Virus record (IMG/VR): IMGVR_UViG_3300035493_000011
Span: 1 to 24,461 of that record
Reading direction: 5' to 3' (one strand)
DNA: 24,461 nt
From: a virus
Taxonomy: Duplodnaviria; Caudoviricetes
Shown one piece after another: positions 16,784 to 23,325 of the stretch. Under the pieces are notes generated by a model. It made no database searches, had not been told where the DNA came from, and worked only from the letters and a program-made list of their open reading frames with translations. Each line of letters opens with the position of its first letter. The first letter of the stretch is position 1. The position numbers and the translations under genes were made by a program.

Positions 16784-18937
16784 TTAAAGTCCGTTCGCGC
16801 CGGCTTTGACGCTTTGTTGCTGGTTATATCGTCCGACTTGCCCTTGGTGTTGACGCATACGCCCGGCTTCTGCCTGCATCTGCGCTACCGTTAGCTTCGC
16901 CATCAATTCATTAGTCTTATTGGTCAGGTCTGTTTCAGATTTCATGCGCTGTTGTTTCAGGGCAAATGCCGGTGACAGACTGTCCGCTTGCGCCTTCGCC
17001 ACGTTGCGCATGGTTTCAGATTGTGTCTTACCAATCTCGGCACGCAGTTCCTCAAGTTCCAGCATCATGCGCTCCAACGCCATCTGTTGCTGGGCCTGCA
17101 TCATCTGCTGTTCTTCTGGGCTAGGCTGTCCTTGGCCCATCATCTGACGAACACGTTCCGCAATCTCGTACTTGTTCTCCAAGTGACTATGCTCGATGAC
17201 TGCGTCGTCTGGGATGATGACCCCAGCGTTGCGTAGCTGGATGACTTCCGCGAACTGTGACTCCTCGAAGGTTTCACGAGTAGGCACGGTGTCAATAACC
17301 ACGTCGTACTTACCGATAGACAAATCATTCAATACGCCGCTGGCGGTCATCATATTCAACTGCAACATTTCCGGCGTCGCATTAGGCGCGTTACTTGAAG
17401 TCACGCGTACGACGCGAGGCTCGGTGTAATACTGCTGGAACAGGTCGAGTACACGCTTGGCCAGCAAGTGACGGGAGTAGTCGAGGTTGTCGAACACCAC
17501 CTGCAACTGTGCAAGGTTCTGGCTGATACGACCCTCCAGCACCACGCCAGATACCTCTGGGCTACCCTCACCCAACATATACTCCGATACCCCGGAGATT
17601 TGGCGTAGACTAGACATCGCCATCTGCGCCAAGTCACGTACCCCTGTCGGAATCTGGTTAGGCTGGATTTTCTGCGGAGCCTGACGCCCGTGTGCAACCT
17701 CCATGACCAAACCCGTCTTGGCGCCGTGTGTGCGCAACTCTGCCGCTGTCATATTGACCAGCGAGCCTTCCTCCATAATCCAACCGCTATTAGCCGTGGT
17801 GTTGACGATGTGCAACGCCTGCGAACTAATCTTGTTGAACTGCTCCTGCGGGTCGAGTAGGTTACGCACCAGACCGAATGGACGGCCACGACGGAAGTAT
17901 GGGAAGAACGGTACGACTGTGAAGGCCTGATACGGCGACCAATCATCGTGCAATAGCACGCTGTCGGCTGAAATAGTCCAGCGAATCTGACTCTCGGTGC
18001 GCTCTACCACACGTAGGTTGAACTGCTCCTGCATAGCGAGGATGCGTTCTTCGTCCATATTATCGGGGATGACAGAGGTATCACCCGTCGTGAGGTCGAC
18101 GAAATACTTCATCACGCGCATCTTGCGATACTGGCGCTCGATGACACGTACCTTGCGCACTGACTTACCTTCGGAATCTACCCCGGCGGAGTTATAAGTG
18201 CTGGTCGTACCGTTGTCGGTGTCGCCGTACGTTTTGGAACTGGTGAATGTGACCGAGTCGTGGCCGTAGGTCGCGCTGGCGTTATAGGCTAGTGCGGCAA
18301 CTTCATTCGCCTTCTCCTCGCCATACAAGTCCTCGATGTCGTCAACTGACATCCAGCGTGAGATGAACACCTCTTTCCACTCGGCAGGGTCATACTCTTT
18401 GGCATCCGGGTCGATAAGGACTGACAGTGGGTCGAGGGTCTTGATGGACACGTCGCCTCGCAGGTTCTCGTCGAAGTCCATACGCACCTCGAAGAATCCG
18501 CGCTCCATAATCAGGCCGTCCTCGAATATCATGCGCTCGCGGCGGTCATACATATTCGCGTTACACACCTGCATATAGAGTTTGCTCAACGCATTGGCGA
18601 CGCCATCATCACCCTCACCCGCCGGAATGAAGCGTACGTTCTGGCGCTTGTTGACGTAGGCGCCGATAACTGCATTGACAATCGGCTGTACCATATTGAT
18701 AGTCAGCGCAGGGCGCTTCTCCTCGTCCAAAGCCTTACGCGTGTCGGCATCCCACTGCTCGCCGACATAAAAGTCCTCGCACTTCTGCGCCAATTTGACG
18801 TAGTCAGCGTGGCCATTATCCCGTGCGCGCAGGTAGCGGTCGTAGTTGTTACGCGCTATCTGGGTGCCATCGAACTTCTTTTTGGCATCTTCGACCGCAT
18901 CTTCGGTCAAGTCATTGCCTAATGGTTCTGGTTCCAT
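16784..18937 (-). CDS. Portal protein, P22-like (717 aa)
   Basis: DFYVGEQWD...RPALTINMVQPIVNAVIG...IDPDAKEYD...GRPFGLVRNLLDPQEQFNK...GKYDVVIDTVP with a Gln-rich C-terminal coil; follows TerL. Confidence 0.93.
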   Translation of the reverse strand: MEPEPLGNDLTEDAVEDAKKKFDGTQIARNNYDRYLRARDNGHADYVKLAQKCEDFYVGEQWDADTRKALDEEKRPALTINMVQPIVNAVIGAYVNKRQNVRFIPAGEGDDGVANALSKLYMQVCNANMYDRRERMIFEDGLIMERGFFEVRMDFDENLRGDVSIKTLDPLSVLIDPDAKEYDPAEWKEVFISRWMSVDDIEDLYGEEKANEVAALAYNASATYGHDSVTFTSSKTYGDTDNGTTSTYNSAGVDSEGKSVRKVRVIERQYRKMRVMKYFVDLTTGDTSVIPDNMDEERILAMQEQFNLRVVERTESQIRWTISADSVLLHDDWSPYQAFTVVPFFPYFRRGRPFGLVRNLLDPQEQFNKISSQALHIVNTTANSGWIMEEGSLVNMTAAELRTHGAKTGLVMEVAHGRQAPQKIQPNQIPTGVRDLAQMAMSSLRQISGVSEYMLGEGSPEVSGVVLEGRISQNLAQLQVVFDNLDYSRHLLAKRVLDLFQQYYTEPRVVRVTSSNAPNATPEMLQLNMMTASGVLNDLSIGKYDVVIDTVPTRETFEESQFAEVIQLRNAGVIIPDDAVIEHSHLENKYEIAERVRQMMGQGQPSPEEQQMMQAQQQMALERMMLELEELRAEIGKTQSETMRNVAKAQADSLSPAFALKQQRMKSETDLTNKTNELMAKLTVAQMQAEAGRMRQHQGQVGRYNQQQSVKAGANGL

Positions 18938-18951
18938 CTCTTACTCCTATA

Positions 18952-20451
18952 CTACGCGGATAGGTATCCGCTACCGGTTGAATTTTTGTTGATGTATTTG
19001 TGCAGGTCGTCCTTCCATGATTTCTTCTTAGGAGGCTCACGCTTCTGTGGTGGTATGACCATGTTGATGGCAAAGCCGCAATAGGCGAAGGCGTCGACTT
19101 GGTCGTCGTTACGTCCGTTGGGGAACTTCAACAGTTCCGCCTCGAAGTCTGTCAGCCACTCGGAGCGTTCCGGGAAGAACACTTTGCCCTGCTCCAGTCT
19201 GGCGACGATGTTCATCGCACGTCCGACCTTATTGGCACGTCCGGGTTTCAACTTCTCCAAGCGGATGAACGCCTTGCGCTCATTCATGCGCTTGACCAAC
19301 ATCGGCTCGATGGTCGCGGCAATTTGCCCGACCTCCAGCCCGGTCAACTGCGCCTTGTATTTCTGGTGCGTGTCGATGATGCGCTCGACCAACTCGATAG
19401 CCGAGAATCGACCACGTATCACGTCGAGGATATACAGGTCTTGATTGCGGTCTAGTGCGGCCACCACGCCCACCGAGTAGTCTGTGCTCTTACCGGTTGA
19501 CAAGTCCCATGTCACCATGACAGCGGTGTCCTCCTGCTCCGGGAAGTCGGCACGGGGTTTGTATTTGAAATTCGCCGCTTTGAACAGGTCGCCCTCTGCC
19601 GGTACTGGGTTCTGCTGGTACAGACTGTTCCAATCCCGCGTACCCACCGAGGAGCGGATACGGGCCAAGGCCTGCTCGTTATAGCGTTCAGGGTGCAAGG
19701 CCTCTCCCGCTTTGCGGTTCGGCTCGTCCTCCTCGGCAATGGCAGGGTAGCGGATGACTTTGAAGTTCTCATGCTCCAGCGCCTCAAGGTATCCGCCCAA
19801 GTCGTCCTCATGCCAGCGAGTGAATAGAACCAATAACCCTCCGCCGGGCATTAGTCGGGTGTATGCCGTGGAGGTAAACCAGTTGACCACACGTCGACGG
19901 TAGGCTTCTGACTCCGCAGACTCACGGTCTGGGTACAAGTCGTCCAGCACCATGATGTTCGCACCCTTACCGGTCAAGCCGCCACCTACACCTACCGCGG
20001 TGTAGCTTCCCATCTCGGTGGTTTTCCATGACTCGACAGCGGCCATGTCGGTATGCAGATGGGTGGCGGGGAAGATGGCGGTGTAGTCAGGCTCGCGTAG
20101 CATCTCGCGGGTCTTCTTCGAGAACTCCACTGACAGGTTGGCGGCGTAGGAGGTGACTACAATTTCATTTCGTGGGTTTTTACCGAGTGCCCATGCGGGG
20201 AAATTGATGGATGACAGGACTGATTTACCGTGACGAGGAGGCATATAAATAGCCAAACGTGGGGATTCCATCCGTTCGACGGCCTCATAGAATTCTTGCA
20301 ATGCACTGATTATCTCCTCATGCACCCACCCCATCTTATAGCCGGGGTTCATGTGAATGACGAAGTCGCGCAGGTTCCGGCGGGCCAATTCACGCTTGAC
20401 CAACTCCTGCATGGCTTTCTGTTTCAATGGCGGCTGGGATGGTTGTGTCAT
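18952..20451 (-). CDS. terL: Terminase large subunit (499 aa)
   Basis: Walker A MPPRHGKS, Walker B IMVLDD, TRWHEDDL, and nuclease motifs WDLS..DYS and FPNGRNDDQVDA. Confidence 0.96.
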   Translation of the reverse strand: MTQPSQPPLKQKAMQELVKRELARRNLRDFVIHMNPGYKMGWVHEEIISALQEFYEAVERMESPRLAIYMPPRHGKSVLSSINFPAWALGKNPRNEIVVTSYAANLSVEFSKKTREMLREPDYTAIFPATHLHTDMAAVESWKTTEMGSYTAVGVGGGLTGKGANIMVLDDLYPDRESAESEAYRRRVVNWFTSTAYTRLMPGGGLLVLFTRWHEDDLGGYLEALEHENFKVIRYPAIAEEDEPNRKAGEALHPERYNEQALARIRSSVGTRDWNSLYQQNPVPAEGDLFKAANFKYKPRADFPEQEDTAVMVTWDLSTGKSTDYSVGVVAALDRNQDLYILDVIRGRFSAIELVERIIDTHQKYKAQLTGLEVGQIAATIEPMLVKRMNERKAFIRLEKLKPGRANKVGRAMNIVARLEQGKVFFPERSEWLTDFEAELLKFPNGRNDDQVDAFAYCGFAINMVIPPQKREPPKKKSWKDDLHKYINKNSTGSGYLSA

Positions 20452-20876
20452 AGTTCCTCGAACTCTCCCTCGATGACTTCCTCGCCGGACGCGATGCGTC
20501 GCAATTCGTCATCGGTTAGTCGGGCTAATTCTTCCATTGAAGCACCGGCGTTGATGTTTATCTGTCGCTCCGGTGCATACAGACCGTTCATCTTGCCCAG
20601 TTCCTTCACGGCGGCGACGCGCTGTGCCGAGTTCTCGGCGGTATCGTAGGCGTCCAGTAGCATCTGATTCAGTAGTGGGCGGGTGATGCGCCCCATGTCT
20701 TTCAGCTTCTTGCGCGCTTCCTCTACAGTGACACGCCCGAAGTGTAGGTCAATCTCGTCGTCACTCACGCCGTTTGCTTTCGCCTGCAACGCCAAGCCCT
20801 GCTCCATCGTCAGAGGCGCTTGGTATCCTGCACTCTCCAGCAGGTCTACGGCATCTTTGAATGAACGCTTTGCCAT
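20448..20876 (-). CDS. terS: Terminase small subunit (142 aa)
   Basis: Overlaps the TerL start (ATGA); AAVKELGKMNGLYAPERQI...LARLTDDELRRIA helical pattern. Confidence 0.7.
   Translation of the reverse strand: MAKRSFKDAVDLLESAGYQAPLTMEQGLALQAKANGVSDDEIDLHFGRVTVEEARKKLKDMGRITRPLLNQMLLDAYDTAENSAQRVAAVKELGKMNGLYAPERQININAGASMEELARLTDDELRRIASGEEVIEGEFEEL
20516..20528. promoter_or_regulatory. Palindrome copy (TTAGTCGGGCTAA) inside terS, ~65 bp upstream of terL
   Basis: Identical to the copy at 9779-9791. Confidence 0.5.
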
Positions 20877-20883
20877 TATATGG

Positions 20884-20919
20884 TTAGTCCGGCTAATCTC
20901 ATAGTGGAATAATATAACA
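20884..20919 (-). promoter_or_regulatory. Extended -10 (TGTTATATT) and palindrome TTAGTCCGGCTAA over the terS RBS
   Basis: TG-T-TATATT at 20919-20911; palindrome at 20884-20896, 7 bp before the ATG. Confidence 0.65.
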
Positions 20920-20933
20920 CAACTTGCGCAGGG

Positions 20934-21155
20934 TTACTCGGGTTTGTAGCCATGCTTCTTCGCTTCTTCCATTAACTTGTCCTCCACGAACTGGCGGTAG
21001 TTGAACCCGCCGGGTGTGGTTGCCTTTAGGTAGTCGAACGCGGCTACGGTTTCTGGGGCGACGAGTGCGCTTAGGGTTTTCTTGCCTTCCCGACGGTACT
21101 TGTCGCGCATCCGTCCTACTGCTTCTAGTTGGGTTTGTGGTGTGAGTAGTGACAT
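20934..21155 (-). CDS. Small putative ribbon-helix-helix DNA-binding protein (73 aa)
   Basis: Start moved to ATG 21155 (GAGAG RBS, promoter upstream). Basic helix followed by strand KTLSALV and two helices (PETVAAFDYLK / YRQFVEDKLMEEAKK). Confidence 0.6.
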   Translation of the reverse strand: MSLLTPQTQLEAVGRMRDKYRREGKKTLSALVAPETVAAFDYLKATTPGGFNYRQFVEDKLMEEAKKHGYKPE

Positions 21156-21183
21156 AGGACTCTCGATATGTATAACTATGGTT

Positions 21184-21212
21184 ATTATAGTTAGATAGCG
21201 GGCGGAAGTCAA
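21184..21212 (-). promoter_or_regulatory. Strong leftward sigma70 promoter
   Basis: TTGACT (21212-21207), 17 bp, TATAAT (21189-21184); the spacer contains ATCTAAC. Confidence 0.85.
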
Positions 21213-21490
21213 CGGTGGATTTGTATAAGTAGAGTTATACCATATAACTAATTAAAGGATTACCGATGGATTTTTATGGAAATTTGTGCGTACTTTTTCT
21301 CCCCTGCTCACCCGCTCGCCGGCCCCCCTCACCGGAACTGGATTTTTGGCCGCCCACTTTTCCGGTTTGCAAATTGACGAAATCAGCAGTCGGCCCTTCT
21401 ATGGTCGGCGTGGCGCGGTCGTCCGCCCCCCACCCTTACCCATTGCCGCCTAGTCCTTGCCGCTTGCCGCCCGCCCGTTTGCATTAAAAC

Positions 21491-21519
21491 TTGACAATCT
21501 AACCCTAGTTAGATAAGAT
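21491..21519 (+). promoter_or_regulatory. Strong rightward (early) sigma70 promoter, copy 1
   Basis: TTGACA, 17 bp, TAAGAT; part of a perfect 33-bp direct repeat (21490-21522). Confidence 0.88.
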
Positions 21520-21575
21520 ATAGGCAAGTCGAAAGGAAAACCCTTGCGACTTAAGTCGGGCGGTTTGAATGCCGC

Positions 21576-21604
21576 TTGACAATCTAACCCTAGTTAGATA
21601 AGAT
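21576..21604 (+). promoter_or_regulatory. Strong rightward (early) sigma70 promoter, copy 2
   Basis: Identical to copy 1 (repeat 21575-21607). Confidence 0.88.
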
Positions 21605-21611
21605 ATAAACC

Positions 21612-22045
21612 AAAGCACCCATACCCATCAACGGGTAAGGCATCCGCGGCAATCGGGGTTAATATTGCCTAGTGTGTTTAGTGTTCGGATACAAGTATCG
21701 CAAGTTATTTGTATACGTGCCCTTGTTGGACACGCGAAACCCGTAGCGGGTACGCCGCCGCACGGGAGCGAATTTAAAAGCGTATAGGCTTTTAATATAA
21801 CAAGCGCGGGTTATCCCGCGGACGCGGACGCCACTGCAAGCGCGCTATAACCGCGTTTAGATTTAACAGTCTAAATTGGCTTGCCCGACGTCGATAGTTA
21901 AACTCTCTTAACCGTGACCTTTGCACGGTAACAGGGTTTAAGTAAACCCCGCCAATGCGGGAATAGCGGCAAATTAATTTGGCAATCGGTTATGGCTAAA
22001 GCGTGCGTTTACCTGTTAGCTTTACCCATTGCGGATTGCCGGATT
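21612..22045 (+). ncRNA. Candidate large structured non-coding RNA or structured early leader (~430 nt)
   Basis: No ORF in the track; directly downstream of two promoters; about ten local stems, nested closing helices and 5'/3' complementarity (21642-21654 with 22034-22044). Confidence 0.5.
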
Positions 22046-22075
22046 AAGGGTTAAGGATTAAGGATTAAGGATTAG
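22041..22075 (+). repeat. Five tandem heptamers GGATTAA (two variants)
   Basis: GGATTAA GGGTTAA GGATTAA GGATTAA GGATTAG. Confidence 0.92.
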
Positions 22076-22081
22076 TTAGAG

Positions 22082-22108
22082 TATGGGCATTGTGTAACAG
22101 TGCCCATA
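22082..22108 (+). other. 12-bp hairpin before the first early gene (RNase III-like processing or stability hairpin)
   Basis: TATGGGCATTGT-GTA-ACAGTGCCCATA with no U-tract. Confidence 0.55.
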
Positions 22109-22146
22109 TCATAACCAATCAACCACATGAAAAGGGGTAACACAAA

Positions 22147-22716
22147 ATGACCACTATCAAATCCGTTTCAGACTTCAACAAAAAGCTATCCGTTATCGGT
22201 AAAGCCGACGAAAAACTGCACGACGATATACAGGCCTGTATTGTGTTTGCGGTCAAACAAGTGAATGAGCATGAACAATTCACGCCGTTAAACGACCTTA
22301 TGGCCGCCGTCGGTGGGTTGCGCACCGCTTTGAATAAGGCCGTACGCCAATATCTAGTCTTGAAGCATAATATAGCGTTTGACGCTGAGAATAACACTTT
22401 CGGTAAAAAGGCTAAGGGCAAGCCGGTCGAGTTAGTCATGAAAGAGGGCGCGTTCTATGACGCCATTAAAACGGCGGCTGAGAAACGCGCTAAGGCGGCG
22501 GCTGAACGGAAAGCGGCAAAAGCAAACGACGCGGGCGAAAGCAATGGCGAAACTGGTGATGGCACGCCATTCAGTAATGTCAAAAAGTCTAAGAATGGCA
22601 CCATTGCGCAAGCTGAAAGGGCGGTGCTTGATGCATTGGCCAAGTACAGCCACGAAGAGAAGGTTGCCGCACTAAAAGCGGCGCTGGCCGATTTGGATAA
22701 AAAAGCGGCGGCGTAA
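22147..22716 (+). CDS. Early hypothetical protein (189 aa)
   Basis: AAGGGG RBS. The N-terminal domain (KLHDDIQACIVFAVKQVNEHEQFTPLNDLMAAV...R..AVRQYL) recalls a common first-early-gene family of podoviruses. Ala/Lys-rich C-terminus. Confidence 0.85.
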   Translation: MTTIKSVSDFNKKLSVIGKADEKLHDDIQACIVFAVKQVNEHEQFTPLNDLMAAVGGLRTALNKAVRQYLVLKHNIAFDAENNTFGKKAKGKPVELVMKEGAFYDAIKTAAEKRAKAAAERKAAKANDAGESNGETGDGTPFSNVKKSKNGTIAQAERAVLDALAKYSHEEKVAALKAALADLDKKAAA

Positions 22717-22729
22717 TTAGTCTAACTAA
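22717..22729. promoter_or_regulatory. Palindrome copy (TTAGTCTAACTAA) right after the stop of the 189-aa gene
   Basis: One mismatch to consensus; upstream of a possible promoter TTGCAT-16-TATAAT (22740-22767). Confidence 0.6.
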
Positions 22730-22757
22730 CAAATGCCAGTTGCATGACTGGCATTTG
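22730..22757 (+). other. Perfect 11-bp inverted repeat (hairpin)
   Basis: CAAATGCCAGT-TGCATG-ACTGGCATTTG. Confidence 0.65.
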
Positions 22758-22792
22758 CATTTATAATGCGCATTGTCACCAGTGCGTATCAT

Positions 22793-22909
22793 AAATGTGT
22801 ACCATGCAAATGTGTACCATGCAAATGTGTACCATGCAAATGTGTACCATGCAAATGTGTACCATGCAAATGTGTACCACGCACCATGCAAATGTGTACC
22901 ACGCACCAC
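22793..22909. repeat. Tandem 15-bp repeat AAATGTGTACCA(T/C)GC: five perfect plus two variant copies
   Basis: Units start at 22793, 22808, 22823, 22838, 22853, 22868 and 22890. Confidence 0.95.
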
Positions 22910-23183
22910 CAGAAAAAGTGCCCGGCACACATTTTGGAACAGATTTTTTGCATCGGCACACCCTCGGCACACCCAAATGCACACACTCCAGCCCGCTCCA
23001 GTAGCGGCCTGCACAACCTGCACAACTTTTTTTTCTATTGGTTGAATAAAATATATATAAATAGAGAAACAAACAAGCCGACAAAAAACTTGTTCCGCTT
23101 GTGCCGACGGTTCCACACAATCCACGGTTTCCCTTTAAATTCAACCACTTAAGCGCGGCACAACCCCTTTTTTCTGCACCAGC

Positions 23184-23251
23184 CCGCACAAAACACGGCA
23201 CCCGCCGCACAAAACACGGCACAGAAAGCCACGTTCCGCACAAAAATGCAC
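23184..23251. repeat. Direct repeat CCGCACAAAACACGGCAC x2 plus a degenerate third copy
   Basis: 23184-23201, 23205-23222 and 23236-23251. Confidence 0.85.
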
Positions 23252-23292
23252 TAATCGAAAAGCCCGCTTAACAAGTGGGCTTTTTCATTAGT
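23250..23292 (+). terminator. Long hairpin: intrinsic terminator or RNase III-like site
   Basis: ACTAAT-C-GAAAAGCCCGCTT-AAC-AAGTGGGCTTTTTC-ATTAGT. Confidence 0.6.
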
Positions 23293-23325
23293 ACAACCAA
23301 CCAACCACAAAAGAGAGGTGACATC

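Noticed and set aside
11-20904. Many plus-strand ORFs (e.g. 4383-4943, 15829-16644)
   Set aside because: These are antisense shadows of well-supported minus-strand genes, with no recognisable motifs.
21156-21212. N-terminal extension of the 92-aa ORF
   Set aside because: Its TTG is the -35 box of the gene's own promoter; ATG 21155 has the RBS.
21266-21487. 73-aa Pro-rich plus-strand ORF
   Set aside because: Its composition mirrors the C-rich tract and it lies upstream of the rightward promoters; a weak AAGGA precedes it, so it is not fully excluded.
21612-22045. tRNA, tmRNA, RNase P RNA or hammerhead ribozyme
   Set aside because: No T-loop/CCA end, no GAGGAAAGUCC and no CUGANGA core was seen.
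22793-22909. CRISPR or other guide-RNA array
   Set aside because: Units are contiguous 15-mers without unique spacers, and no cas or other effector gene is visible.
22589-23243. Overlapping ORFs with repeated CVPCK, NVYHA or WYTFA peptides that look like metal-binding proteins
   Set aside because: The stop-free 15-bp repeat opens all frames; there is no clear RBS and no frame is preferred.
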